Source: the human T2T-CHM13v2.0 reference genome, Homo sapiens
Reading direction: 5' to 3' (one strand)
DNA length: 64,000 nucleotides
NCBI RefSeq assembly: GCF_009914755.1
Contig: NC_060933.1
Position 1 is the first letter of the stretch. Each line of letters opens with the position of its first letter. Below the pieces are notes generated by a model, which saw only the letters and a program-made list of their open reading frames with translations, had not been told where the DNA came from and made no database searches. The position numbers and the translations under genes were made by a program. Of the stretch, positions 15,009 to 32,505 are shown one piece after another.

Positions 15009-15240
15009 TTACATATGTATACTTGTGCCATGCTGGTGTGCTGCACCCATTAACTCAACATTTAGCCTTAGGCATATCTCCTAATGCTATCCCTCCCCGC
15101 TCTCCCCACCCCACAACAGTCCCCAGAGTGTGATGTTCCCCTTCCTGTGTCCGTGTGTTCTCATTGTTCAATTCCTACCTATGAGTGAGAACATGCGGTG
15201 TTTGGTTTTTTGTCCTTGCGATAGTTGACTGAGAATGATG
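15009..15240 (-). mobile_element. Young L1PA2/3-like 3'UTR fragment lacking its poly-A end
   Basis: acatatgtatac..gtgccatgctggtgtgctgcacccattaactc...cttgcgatagtt..ctgagaatgatg. Confidence 0.9.
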
Positions 15241-15825
15241 AATTAAAATAAAAATGCATGCACTTTCAAATGTACTTAGTGCAACATATTGAACTTACAT
15301 TCCAGTTTTCCTGGAATTACTTGTGTCTTGAGCTAAAGGCTGTATTTGGTATAACAGGGAAGGAAAGAAATTATTTTTCCTATAAAATTAGTTTAAAAAC
15401 ACATATAATTAAACAAAATAAAAATATTATCCCATCTTTTAAAGAACATTTACTAAGTCACAGATATTACCCGAAGTTTAGAAAATCACCTAAGAACAAT
15501 TGTTTAAAAATTATTTAGGGAAAATGAAGCAAAATTGTTTTTACAATCTGAGATTTTAACAGCCAGTGCACTCCTGTTCTTCAGCTGAACGTCCCCTTCA
15601 TTCTGAATGTCTGCAGTAGAATTGAATTGGGGAGCAGTTAGGTTCCAGGAACATATTCACTCCTGTTTTGTTCTCTCCCCAATCTCAGCCTTTCGGTGAC
15701 TGTTTGGGCAAAGCCTCCCTTGTGGTAGAAGATGCCTCACTTCTGGGGAGAGGAGACTCCTCATCTTGCAGACAAGAAGCAGCACCCACTGGTTCCTGCT
15801 CCAAAAGCCATTAACATTATAAACT

Positions 15826-16110
15826 GGCCAGGTGCAGTGGCTCAAACCTGTAATCCCAGCACCATTTGGGATGTTAAGGCAGAAGGATTGCTTGAGCCCA
15901 GGAGTTTGAGAACAGCCTTGGCAACAAAGTGAGACCCAATCTCTACAAAAACTAGAGAAAAAATAGCTGGGTGTGGTGGCACTCACCTGTACTAAGGAGG
16001 CTGGGCTGAGAGGATCTCTTGAGCCCAGGTGGTTGAGGCTGCAGTGAGCCAAGATCACGCCTCTGCACTTGAGCTTGGGTGACAGAGTAAGACCCTATCT
16101 CAAAAAAAAA
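15826..16110 (+). mobile_element. AluJ
   Basis: ggattgcttgagcccaggagttt; TSD attataaact (15816-15825, 16111-16120). Confidence 0.93.
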
Positions 16111-18041
16111 ATTATAAACTGATTCACAATAACTTTGGTTTTGTCACTAATATGCTGAATATTTTTGTTACAACTAATATGCAAAATGCAAACTGGCTAT
16201 CACTACCATTCTGATAATGGAATTAGCTGTCCTACATACCTGATGACCTAATGCTTAACCTAATCTTCCTCTTTCCCACTTTGATTTGGAAACTTGTTAC
16301 AAAAGAGTTCTTTACCTCAAAGTCTTAAGGAATTCAAGACAAGACTAGAGTATGTTAAGACACCACAAAAAAAAAATATATATATATATAGCAAGAGCTT
16401 TCTTGAGTAAGCAAATTTTATACATTTAAAAATAATTTACATGCAAATGACCAAGAGGAAAGGTTAAGTGACTCTGGTGTAAATAATTAGTTTACTGATT
16501 CTGCCAGAGCATATTAAGAAAAATTCACTTTGGCAAAATTATATGGATTTAAAGAAGTAACAAGTGGGTTTCTCTAAAGCACAGTTTGGCTTTTTACTAG
16601 AATATCAAGTCACTTTTTTGGGTGAGGAGAGCACAATGGGAGTGGGCAGCTGGTGCAAATAAACATTTAAAATTACTTAAAACTTCAACAAATGGGATCT
16701 GTATTTAAATCTGTTTTGGTCTGTCTTCCCTTTGTTTTTTCTAATCCATTCCAACAATGCAAACCTCAGCCACTGTCAAGGGCAATCTCAGACTGGAGGT
16801 TGCTGCCTAGGGTGAGATTCTAGCAAGACTGACAAGCAGAGCTCAGAGAAAAGTCTGCATGGGAAAACAGAACCAGACTTAGAAGGCATTGCTGATGAAT
16901 TCCATTTTCTTACTACAGAAGAGCTAGCAAAAACTGCAATATGATTTGTAAAGTCAGTGTAATCTTATGGACATTATACCAAGTCACAACATGAGGCATG
17001 AGATACCTCAGATGTTGTTCCCTCTAAATCTCATGTTGAATTGTGATATCCCCAATGTTGGTGGTAGGTCTGGAGGGAGGTGATTGGATCATGGGGGTGA
17101 ATTTCTCGGAAATGGTCTAGCATCCTGTCCCTGGTGCTGTCCTTGTGATAGTGAGTGAATTCTTGCAAGATCTATTTGTTTAAAGGGTGTGGTGCTTCCC
17201 CTGCCTTGCCAGGTGATGTGCCTGCCTACTCCTTCTTCATCTTCTGCCATGAATAAAGCCTCCTGAGGCCTCACCAGGAGCTAGGCAGATGCCAGAATCA
17301 TGTTTGTACAGCCTGCAGCTATACAAGCCTCTTTTCAAACCTCTTTTCCTTATACATTACCCAGTCTCAGGTATTTCTTTATAGCAACGTAAGAATGGCC
17401 TAATACAGAAAATTGGTACTGAGACATGGGGCATTGCTATAAAGATACTTGAAAATATGGAAGTGACTTTGGAACTAGGTAATGGGCAGGAGTTGGAAGA
17501 GTTTGGAGGGCTCCTAATACAGGAAGATGAAGGAAAGTTCTGAATTTCTTAAAGACTAGTTAAATGGTTGTGACCAAAATGCTGATAGTGATATGGACAG
17601 TGAAGGATAGGCTGATGCGGTCTCAGATGAAAATGAGGAACTTACTGGGACTTGGAATAAAGGTCATGCCTGTTATGCCTTTGCAAAGAACTTGGCTGCA
17701 GTCTGTTCATGTACTAGGGATCTGAGGAAGTTTGAACACTCAGACGCAGGAGCAAAAAAATGACTTAAAGTTGGAATTTACAATTAAATGGGAAGCAGAC
17801 CATACAAGTATAGAAAATTTGCAGCCTGCCCATTTGGCAAAGGAAGATAAAGCATTTTCAGGGGAAGAATCTAAACAGGCTGTGGAGCAACCACTTATTA
17901 GAGACATTTGCATAACTGAAAAAGAGCTAGGTGCTTATAGCCAAGACAATTAAAAAAAGGCCTTGAAGGCATTTCAGAAATCTTTGCAGCAGCTCATCCC
18001 AGCACAGACCTAGAGGTCTAGGATGAAAGAATGGTTTCTTG

Positions 18042-18876
18042 TGTAGTGGGATTTTAAAAATTAATTAATTAATTTATTTATTTATTTATTTATTTTGAGA
18101 TGGAGTCTCACTCTGTCACCCAGGCTGGAGTGCAGTGGCACAATCTCAGCTCACTGCAAGCTCTGCCTCCCAGGACATGCCATTCTCCTGTCTCAGCCTC
18201 CCAAGTAGTTGGGACTGCAGGTGACTGCCACCATGCCTGGCTAATTTTTTGTATTTTTAGTAGAGACGGGTTTTCACTGTCTTAGCCATGATGGTCTCAA
18301 TCTCCTGACCTCGTGATCTGCCCACCTCAGCCTCCCAAAGTGCTGGGATTACAGGCGTGAGCCACCATGCCCAGGCTGTAGCAGGATTTTTTAAGGAATC
18401 AGAGAGACTGATGGGGTTGAGGAGGATATTTATTATTTAGGTGCACCGGCCCAGTCAGATTAACATCCAAAGGACTGAGTCCTGAACAAAGACTTAAGTT
18501 AACTTTTAAGCATTTTGTGGGGTGGTGGGGAGTGGGGAGATCTGTGCAGGGGGAAGCATATTACAGAAGTGAGAAACAAAGACAGTTATTCAATTAATTG
18601 AGACATGCATTATATCATTTCTTATTTTTCAAGGAAAAACATGTTTTACGACTTGAGTTTATCTGTCTAGTGACCTTGCAGCTGCACAGCTAGGGAAACA
18701 GCATCTTCACAATGCCTGGGAAAGGAGGAGAGATGAAGCTCACTAGCCACAGAAAAACAGGCAGTTAATTTTTAAAGGGCTCCAGCTCTTTCTCTTTCTC
18801 AGGGGGAATTGGGTTTTCTCACATACAACTGAGTTTCTGCTTACACATTCTTTAATTTCTTTTAATTCCTGTTCCA
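18042..18876 (-). mobile_element. ERV1-class solo LTR (LTR15-like) inside the MST internal region
   Basis: TG...CA ends; 4-bp TSD CTTG (18038-18041, 18877-18880); minus strand starts tggaacaggaattaaaagaaattaaag. Confidence 0.75.
18056..18376 (-). mobile_element. AluY-like element inside the LTR terminus
   Basis: Alu body with (TTTA)n tail; TSD tgtagtgggatttt / tgtagcaggatttt. Confidence 0.93.
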
Positions 18877-20408
18877 CTTGGACCAGGGCCAGGGCATCAC
18901 TGTCCTGTACCACCCCCAGGAGGGTGTTCCTTGCATCCTGGCCCTTCTAGCTCCAGCCTTGGTTCAAAGGGCTGCAGATAGAGCTCAGGTCATGGCTTCA
19001 GAGGGTGCAAACTATAAGCCTTGGTGCCATGTGGTGTTAAGCCTGCAGGTGAGCAAAGTGCAAGAGTGAAGGAGGCTTGGCATTCCCTGCCTAAATTTCA
19101 GAGGATGTATGAGAAAGGCTGGATGCCCAGGGAGAAGACTATGCACGACTGGAGCTCTCAAAGAGGACCTCTTCTAGGACAGTGCCAAGTGGAAATGTGG
19201 GGTTGGAGGCCCCACTCGGGGTCCTGACTAGGGGGGCTGCCTAGTGGAGCTGTGGGAGGGGGGCTGCTGCCCTCCAGATCCCAGAATGATAGAGCCACCA
19301 GCAGCTCATGCCTTCAGAGTAGAAGAGCTGTGGGGGCAGAGCAGCCCAAAGCCTTGGGAGCCCACCCTATGCATCATGGGAATGCTCTATGTTCCCAGGA
19401 TGTGGGACATGGTTTCAAAGGAGATTATTTTGGAACATTGAGTTTTACTGACTGCCCTGCTGGGATTTGAACTCGTGTGGGGCCTGTAGCCCCTTTCTTT
19501 TGGCCAATTTCTCTCTTTTGTAATGGGAATGTTTACCCAATGCCTGTACCCCAGTTTTATCTTAGAAGTAAATAACTTGTTTTGATTTTACAGGCGCATC
19601 AGTGGAAGGGACTTGCCTTGTCTCAGAAGAAACTGCACTTTTGAGTGATGCCGAAACAGGTTGAGACTTTTGGGGGACTATTGAGAAGGGATGATTGTAT
19701 TTTGCAATGTGAGAAGAACATGAGATTTGAAGGGTCAGGGATGGAATGAAATAGTTTGGATGTTGTCCCCTTTAAGTCTCATGTCGAATTGTAATTCCCA
19801 GTGTTGGAGTCGGGGTCTGGTGGGAGGTGATGGGGTCATGAGGGCTGATTTCTCATGTTTAGCAACATCCTCTTGGCACTGTCCTTGCAAGAGTGAGTGA
19901 GTTCTCATTACATCTGGCTGTTTAAAAGTGTGTGCCACCTCTCCCTGCTTGCTCCTGCTCTGGCCATGTGACATACCTTCTTTTGCTTCATCTTCTGCCA
20001 TGTGTAAAAGCTCCCTGAGGACCCTTCTTGAAGCCAAGCAACTGCCAATGCAAAGCTTCCTGTACAGCCTGCAGAACTGTGAGCCAAGTCAATCTTTTTT
20101 TTCAGTATAAATTATGTAGTGCTTAGGTATTCCTTTATAGTAATGCAAGAATGCCATAATACAAGGCATAATGGTTTGCATTTTAAAAATGAAAATTAAA
20201 TTTTTGTAATTTATCATGAAAAGATGAAATGAGTTAATAATGAGCAATATCTACATGTTGTCTTAGAGGTGCTGACAATCTGTCAAGGAATTACATGCAT
20301 TGATCAAGCAGTTTACCTTCAAGTTGAATAACAAGATATTCCTATCTAACATAACAAAATTTTGACATTATTTGGGAGACTGGAAATAATGCTAAATAAT
20401 ATCAGATT

Positions 20409-21260
20409 GTCAAAGTCAAATAAATATAGAGACAAACATCTGAAATTAAAATGTTTTATTTGAGATACAAGTATTACAGTTTCACACATACATGCAGAAT
20501 GGGTGTCTTTAGTATGTCCAAAACATAAAGAGAAAGTTAGAGGTTTTATAAAAAAGGGAGACAGAGAGAAAAACGGTATGTATTTCTCTTTGAGAAAGTT
20601 CACTGGCACCAGTAAGGTTTTTGAGAGCTGGCAGGCTCTGATAGGTGAGGGACAGTGGTGGGTAAAGCTAGTCTTAGTGTTCAAGAGGTTGTTTCAGTAA
20701 CCATTTGATAAAACTGGTTTCAGCTTAAAGCAGGTAATTTCAGCAGCCAGGCATGCAGAGAATTACGCTTTTGGAGTGGTGTTTTTGCCCTGAATGCCTC
20801 CTCCCCCTGGCTTGTTGATGGTTTTATTTGGTGTGATAAGAATGACCCAATTCATATGATCAATTTTTACATTTACCCCTTTCCATCAAGATCTTTCTCT
20901 TAAAGCATCAACCATGTTTATAGTTGTACAACAACCACAAGTTAGGTTTAATCATCCCTTAGTGCTAGGATGGACCTGTCCCAGTTGCTCCGTCCCACAT
21001 CTGGGAAAGGTATGGAGGTCTACATCAGGTCTATGTCAAGATTTATGGCTTAAAATGTCTATCCAAGGAAAAAATAAAACTGACCAGTAATCCCAGGAGA
21101 GAAACATACCTTGGCAAATTCTAAGATATTTCTAATTTTATTTAACAATTTTAAAATTAATTAATGTATCAAAGATTCACCTAACTCATGTCAAATAAAA
21201 TATGTTTGCACTAATTAATATATATTTTATATGAACATTCCTTTATTTAAACCATCCTTT
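20409..21260 (-). mobile_element. Old ERV1 (MER4-group-like) LTR plus internal remnant
   Basis: tgtcaaagtcaaataa...tttatt...atcaatttttaca followed by a PPT-like tract; subfamily not resolved. Confidence 0.5.
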
Positions 21261-21269
21261 TTTCCTAGA

Positions 21270-23620
<2,351 letters not shown>

Positions 23621-24193
23621 TGAAGGTAGGCAGTGAAGCAAATGCTTGCATTCTTGTGTGGCTCTGATTAGCATCAGGATATCTACATTTTACATAGGAA
23701 AGGAGGGAGCAGAGGAAACAGTTATGCGTTCCTCTCACATTCAGTAAATCTCCATTTTACATAAGATAAAGTAAGCATGTGAATAGAGGGAGTGGAGTAG
23801 AGGAAAACTCAATGATTCATTCATCTCAGGATAGGCAGAGGGATGATTTCTGGTCCTGACCTTGTCCCAGAACTATGAAAATAAGCTGGTAATTGAGATT
23901 GTCAGGGTGAAATTGAGCCGACTCACTTTTAGGGATAGTTTACAGGTGGGATGTGCATTCTGAAAGATTTAGGGGTTCACAGCAAATTGTGAGGGAGGAC
24001 ATCTGAGGAGACATGCGGCCTTCTGTCACTGTGGGAACCTGGCTTATGGATGAGGCTATGACACAGGGTTGTGAAGTTATAGCTATGTGTTTGAGAACAA
24101 GGAAGGCAGTATTGCATAACTCAGTTCCCAAGCTTAATTTTCCCTTTGACACAGTGAGCTTGGGGTTGGGGTCTCTATTCTCTTTTCTCTCAC
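23621..24193 (-). mobile_element. MER4-family LTR (partial)
   Basis: aattgtgagggagg...actcagttcccaagcttaattttccctttg...tctcaca. Confidence 0.75.
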
Positions 24194-24386
24194 AAAATCA
24201 TATGGGAACATTCCAGAAAATGTGAGGTTCTGTGCTCACTATTAAATAAAAATGACCAGGAGAGCCATGGGTAAGCTCCCTCCTCAGTCATCAGGACCCC
24301 AACAGAGAGTTTTCCCCTGTGTGAACAGGGTCCTGAATTCTGCAGGATCCCATGGGGACACAAGTGTCAGGATAGAGGCACTCATT

Positions 24387-24660
24387 CAGCCAGGTACCGT
24401 GTCTCCTGCCTGTAATGTCAGCTACACTGGAGGCTGAGGTCACCTTCAGGCCAGGATTTCAAGACCAGCCTGGGCAACATAGCAAGATCCCATATCTAAG
24501 AATAAAATTAGCTGGGTGTGGTGGCATGCACCTGTAATCCTAGTTACTTGGAAGAGAGGCTGAGGTGGGAGGATTGCTTGAGCCTAGGCGTTGGAGGCTA
24601 CAACGAGCTAGGATTACACCACTGCACTCCAGTCTCGGCAACAGTAAGACTCCATATGTG
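24387..24660 (+). mobile_element. AluJ (degenerate)
   Basis: Alu body with an internal deletion. Confidence 0.85.
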
Positions 24661-24782
24661 ACAACAACCAACCTATCCTGTGTTTTGAGTGTAAATTACC
24701 ATAGCCTTTGTAACAGAAATTAGGCAGCAACTCTTATCATTCAAAATGCATAAGAAATTTGGCTAAGCAATTGTACTTCTAG

Positions 24783-25070
24783 ATTATTTATTTATTTATT
24801 TATTATTGGGACAGAGTCTCACTCTGTCCCCCAGACTGGAGTGCAGTGACAGGATCTCAGCTCACTGCAACCTCTGCCTCGTGGGTTCAGGCAATTGTCC
24901 TACCTCAGCCTCCTGAGTAGCTGGGGCTACACGTGCACATCACCATACCCAGCTAATTTTTGTATTTTTTGTAGAAATGGGGTTTTGCCATGTTGGCCAG
25001 GCTGGTCTCAAAACTTCCGACCTCAGGTGATCCACCCACCTCGACCTCCCAAAGTGCTGGGATTACAGGC
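24783..25070 (-). mobile_element. AluS
   Basis: Alu body, slightly 5'-truncated. Confidence 0.92.
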
Positions 25071-27152
25071 ACTAGGTCCCTAATTTAGAGCCACATTGTT
25101 TAATGTCTAAAACCACTCTTGCATATTTATTACTGCATTGCTTGAACTTAAATATCCACAACAGGATAACAGGATAATTAAACAGTTAATTGCACTATGG
25201 CATATCCATCTGTTAACAAAATGAAGTTGATCTTTTTGTACTGTGGTGGAAAGATTTTCTGAACATAGTTCAGGTAAAAAAATGACCACTGTTGAATAAT
25301 GCTTCTGGTATAACACAAAGTGTTTGAAAATGTACACAATACACTGTAATATCCAATGCATACATCAAAGTAAATATATTTTATTCTAGGATAATTATTA
25401 AAACATTAAGAAATACTCTTTAATCATATATGTTAAAACTTGTAGAAAATCAATAACATACAAGTAAAGAAGTTCAAGAAGCCAAAAAAAGTAATTCCAA
25501 GTGTAGAAAGCATGGTGAAAAGTGATGGAAGAAAAGTGCAGAAATTTAAAATGTGAAATTAAAATATATAATTATTAATTAAAAAACATAATTCTTAATT
25601 AAAATACATAATTCTTCATTGAACCCCGAATCTGTCATATGTGTGATCTTGGATAACGCATTCAACCTCCTGAACACTGAATTTTCTTGACTGTAAAACG
25701 TTTTAGAGAGGTTCCTCACCTGGTTGCATGAAGCAAACCTCTGTGTGTTAAGGCACTTCCCACAGCATCTGCGACGCAGAACAGTGGAAGCTGTGCTCTT
25801 CGTAGTCCCTGAACACAGACCCACAGCAGTATATTGTGTGTGTTTTTTTTTATATAAAAGGCTTTGAAAATGTCCCACAACTTCCTCAGTAACTGTCAAA
25901 AGGGGCAGACTTCAAAAGTAGAATTCTGGCAAATGTCTTCAAAAGACACAAAATTCTGGCAATGGGCTCATTTCCCTCCCACCTTGCTCTTCTGGATGCA
26001 TCCATTCTCTCCCACAGCATAGTCATTTTCTTCCACTCCGTTGTAGAAATTGTCCTTCTAGTGGCAAGAGTGACGTGAGTGATATGCGGAAATTTCTTTC
26101 CAAGCTTGTTGGAGAAGCTTCCTCTGCCTGCTTCTTTTTGGCGACCTCCTGCCAGGGTAAGAGCAGAGGGCCTCCAGGGCTGCTCTGTCACCCCCAACAG
26201 CATGGACCTCACTGCAGTCACTCCGGAAGCTTCCCTCTAAAGGAAGCTTGTGCAGGAAACATCATGCATCGAGCAGCATGGGGACAGGGGCTGGCCAGCT
26301 GGGTAGGTCTCACACTCCTGACACTGAGACTCCAGGATACTCCTCTGTCCCCACCCAGGGCAGATCCCTGCCCTAAAATTTTTCCCCCTCATGTCCAGCA
26401 AATGCTGCATGGAGCCCTGGATTTCTACGTGGAAAGCTAGGAAGAGGGAGAGCTGAAATGAGGATGTAATCACCCTTTCCAAAGAGGTCAGTCCAGTACT
26501 ACCCTGTGCTCCTGGGCAAGCTCTCCAGGCTGAGGTAACAGGAGCAGGGGTTATGTCAGGTGAAGGTTGAAGTGAGAGACCTCCCAGGAGGTGTAGAATA
26601 TTCCACTAGGGACACCTCATACCTTTCCAGGATTAGACCTTGAGGCCTGGAGATCCCCAGGCAATTAGTATTGAAGGTCGAAAGGCCAATGACAGGAATA
26701 GGAAAGCCCACTGTGTAATTCACAAAGCACTTCCAAACCCATCACCACAGGTGACCCTCACAACAACCCTGTGAGACCTGCAGGGCAGGGGCTCTCACAA
26801 AGGAGGAGTCGGGAATGTCAAGATTTTAACACCTTCTCCAAGTCAGGATCAGGAAAGGCTGTCCCAGCACTGACCTATATTCCCTATGCTTCCTCCCACA
26901 AAACAGCTTAGGGTGACTGCCAACTTGTGGGCAGAGACCCTCACTTCCAATCCCCACAAGGGGCTGGGCAGTGGGGAGGATGAGGCCCCCTCCTCTGACT
27001 GTCTCCTCCAAGACCCTGTTTTCTGAGGAAGGTCACTCTGGGAACTGTTGGCCTCTGCAGATGAGGGCCTGGACCATGTGGAAAGACGATGTGAAGGTCA
27101 CACCTGGCAGGCACCAGCACTGGAGGGCAAACCTCACCTTTAAAACTCACAG

Positions 27153-27297
27153 TTTTTTTAAAAATTTATTTCTATTTTTAATTTATATGAGTACATGGTA
27201 GGTGTATATATTTATGGGGTACATGAGATAGTTTGACACAGGCATACAATGTGTGATAATCACATCAGGGTAAATGGGGCATTCATCACCTCAAGCA
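27153..27297 (-). mobile_element. L1MA 3' end
   Basis: taggtgtatatatttatggggtacatgagata...catcacctcaagca. Confidence 0.85.
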
Positions 27298-27482
27298 AGG
27301 AAAATGCCAGATGCTTATAAAACCATCAGATCACATGAGAACTCACTATCATGAGAACAGCATGTGGGAAACTGCCGCCATGATTCAGTTACCTCTCACT
27401 GGGCCACTCCCATGACACATGAGGATTATTGAAATTACAGTTCAAGATGAGATTTGGGTGGCAACACAGCCAAATCATATCA
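27298..27482 (-). mobile_element. THE1 LTR, 5' half only
   Basis: ttataaaaccatcagatc...gagatttgggtgg..acacagccaaatcatatca. Confidence 0.88.
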
Positions 27483-27694
27483 CCTTATAAAATGAATAAT
27501 GTGGAAATAGCAGCAGGCCTGAGTCCTGACCCCTGCAGTGTGATGCCCCCTCTTGAGGAGGGCCTGGCTTCTGTGCCACGCAGAAACTTTCCTGTGCTTC
27601 CTGCTGGCTTGGGGTGAGCCAGGTCCTCCTGGGGGAGCTGGGCACTTGTGGGACAGGAGAGTCCCTGGCCTGGGGTCTCCATTTGCCTCCTTAT

Positions 27695-29050
<1,356 letters not shown>

Positions 29051-31467
29051 TCACCATGGAAGCATGTCACCTGAGAGGGCTGAGGCCATCTGGGAGGACT
29101 CATGTCACTGGAGAGGACAGAGGTCACCTGGGAGACCTCCCTTAGGCCCTAGGGGATTTAGGGTGCAGACTCTGCACCCCTCCCCTGACCATGGGCATGA
29201 GGACTAAGCAAGTCCCCCACAACTCAGTTGAAAAGGGACCTGGAGGGACTTCTGCAGTGAGTGTCCAACCTCACATGGTCTGAAGGGGCACAGGCAAGAA
29301 TCATTCATATCCCCTATCCTGGGCCAGGCTGGGAAAGCCAGTGTGCCAGGACTGGGGCAGCACCTGTGAACTGCACCAACCACAAGGGCAGGTGGTGGGC
29401 TACTGATCACCACACAGTGGGTCTTGTGATGGCCCAGGGGCTGCCTGCCAGGCACAAGAGGGCGGCTGGGTCCAGACCACATGTGAGCAGCCCATGGAGT
29501 GATCTCAGCCGCTCTCCCTGGCTGGAAGGGTCTGGGAAGTGGGGACCAAGCAGGAACAGCCACCTGGTTGACCTCCTCCCTGTCTACTGTGCTCCTACGG
29601 GGTTAAGGCAAAGGGGAAATTGGATCCTTGCCAGGTTTCCAATAAACAGGCTTCCTCAGGATGCAAACTCATTTCATGAAAAGAGCCTGGCCCCATCAGG
29701 CACCTCAGCAACTTGTCAAACAGGTCTCCTGCAAGGACTATCCTGTGTGCAACACTGCTAAGCTCCTTGTTTGGGGCGGCACCAGGAGGGGAGGGTCATT
29801 TCTTCTTCTGAGACATGGTGGTTGAGTCCAGGCGACATCAACAGTCTGGGCCCTGACCCCTTTCCATCTCAGCGGGACCCCTTGAGACACCAGCTTCCCT
29901 TCCTTGCTTGGGTGTCCACGCCAGCAGTTCTACCTACTACGTTATTACAGCCAGATCAGGATAAATGTCCTCTCTCTGGAATAAATGCAACGACCACTGT
30001 TCTTTGAGCATTATTTATCTTAAATTATTGTTTTAATTAAAAATGTATCTCACTTATATTAGCCAAATTTCCTTTCAATGTAACCAAATTTCTTTTAAGT
30101 GAAAATTAAATATTTACCTTCATCAAGCATTCTATGAATATAAAATGTTTATTTTTTTCAACTTTAGAAGAAATTGAAAATGTCTACATGCTACTAATCT
30201 AAAAAACAGGCTCTGGGTTTATATGGTGTTAACCTTTCTTCCAAATTTTAAGGAATAGATATTTAAATGCCATCCACTTTGTTTTAAAATACATAAAATG
30301 TTTTAAGCTTTTGACCTCAAAATTTACAGTGGCACAGCTACTCCGTAATGAGTAAACCACAGAATCAAAACAAAGAAGGATTCTACAGACCAGTCCAACC
30401 AACAATACAATTATAAACTAGTGGTTCAAATATCAAAAACCAATTTCAATGACAAATGCATGGTATGAAAACCCCGCAAATGTCAAGTAGAATATATTAT
30501 ACTTGAATGAAATTATGAGTTGAGAGTAGGAAATCTATGTGTAACCAAGCAAATTAAATAAAGTTTATGAGGAAATTATACTGCTAATATTTTATTATTT
30601 GGCAAGCTATTCAGTGGAACACAAAGATATTCTTAATGAAGTCGAAAATATATTTTAAAATGTGACTGAAGTGGATTAAAAAATAATGAGGATATGAATA
30701 ACTTTAAAAAATATTCAGGGATAAAGAGAGAAAAATAAATTTAGATTTCATACATACATAAAATATATTTAAAAAGTTGTGTTTTTTGGTTGCTTGAATA
30801 AAAGGAGCAGATATTTAAATTCCATGCCTTTCATTTTAAAGTTTAGGAAATGCTTATAGCTTTCCACACTGACATTTATACTAACACAGTTAATCTAATC
30901 GAGGGATAACAAAATCAAAACAAGCAGAATTCTCTTGACCAATCTATTTTCTTGATTTTTAAAAGTCAGTGTACTCTCAAAGAAACAAAACTATTATTCA
31001 TGGATTCTGTTATTTGAAAATATTTACTGATCATTTTTACTTTACACCAAGTGATCTCCAGCTCGTGGAAAAATATGTAAAGTTGCCCAGCTTCATTAAG
31101 CTTAAACTCTTCTGAAGGAGAAAAGAAGCAATGGAGTAGGGACATTAAAGGAGGAGTGTGGTGATACGGCTGAGACTTCTACTTGCACACTGTGGTAGCT
31201 GTGTGGAGACTGGATTGAAAAAAGGGCAATGACAGAAGCTTAAATTAGTATCAAATATGGCAATCCTATAATTTTAAGGGTCCTTGAAATAAGAATGTAT
31301 AATAGTTCTCATTATTTCCTCAAGAAATCTCTGCACTTGGCCTTGTGAAGGAAGCGCTATAGTTACCAAGTGGTGGGGGTGGGAATGTGAATTTGGAAAC
31401 AACATTTGGAATTATTACACTTTAAAGGTAAAGCTGGCAGGAATTCCATACACATCAGATCTGAAAA

Positions 31468-31580
31468 TGTGTGTGTGTGTGTGTGTGTGTGTGTGTCTGT
31501 CTGTGTGTGTTTGTGTGTGTGTGAAGCAGGGAAAGAGAGCAAGAGTGAGAGTGAGCAAGAGAGGAGAGAGAGGGAGAGAA
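31468..31580. repeat. (TG)n followed by a GA-rich tract
   Basis: Directly visible. Confidence 0.9.
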
Positions 31581-31619
31581 TCAGACAGGTACAGGAAGAG
31601 AGTGACAGAGCTACAGAGA

Positions 31620-32200
31620 CAGAATTAAAAGGGGACACCAAGAATATTGAGCTGAGAAACTATAAAATGGGAGTTGCCATTAAACAGAATGGGGAAGAGC
31701 AACTTTGGGGAGTTTCAGTGGCTCCATACAGACATATTAATTTTGAGATTCCTAACTGACATCCACGTGGATAAGTCAGGGAGTGTTGGGTGTAGTGTCC
31801 AGTGTTTAGGTGTAATATGAAATATCAGGAAATTAATGACACAAAAATTAGTAAGAAAGCAAAGATAAGAAAGATAAGAAGTGAATGTCCTGAGCCTAAT
31901 GGTCCTCTAACATTTAAAAAATAGTAAAGATGAAACCTGCAAAAAAGGACTAGGGGTAATTATCAAAAACGTGGTGGGGGGAAAGTAAGTTAAGTGTTCT
32001 GGAATTCTATAAAAAAGTTTTACAAAGAGAAGGTGGAGATTGACTGTGTGAAATGCTGCTGATATATAAATTAAGATGAAGGCTGAGAAGTTATGGTTCA
32101 ATTTATAATTTAACAATATGGATAGCACTTATATTTTGATATGAGCAGCTCGTTGGAATGAGTAGGTGAGAAACCATATTGGAGTGGTTGCTGAGATGAA
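31620..32200 (-). mobile_element. L2 fragments
   Basis: ttttgagattcctaactgacatccacgtggataagtcag; actgtgtgaaatgctgctga. Confidence 0.6.
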
Positions 32201-32389
32201 AGTCTGATCCCTGGATTCTTAAGGAAAAATTTTATTGGACTGCAGAGGCATAAATTGGATTTTTAATTCTGGAGTCAGGATGTGCTCACTAAACATGTGC
32301 CCATCAATGTCTCCTCGCATTTTTTTTAGCTAGGTATTCTGTTATCTTTTAATAATATAATAATTACCTGCAAAACCTACACCCACGTT

Positions 32390-32461
32390 GCAGCAAACCA
32401 CCATGACACATATATACCTGTGTAACAAAACTGCATGTTCTGCACATTTATCCCAGAACTT

Positions 32462-32499
<38 letters not shown>

Positions 32500-32500
32500 A
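32390..32500 (+). mobile_element. L1PA extreme 3' end with an (AG)n tail
   Basis: gcagcaaaccaccatg...cccagaacttaaagta then (AG)n. Confidence 0.88.
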
Positions 32501-32505
32501 AACCC

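Larger units (their letters stand above)
16999..20163 (+). mobile_element. Full MST (MaLR) element: 5' LTR 16999-17407, internal region, 3' LTR 19747-20163
   Basis: Two LTRs ending taataca; internal region starts gaaaattggtac; 5-bp TSD AGGCA (16994-16998, 20164-20168). Confidence 0.9.
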
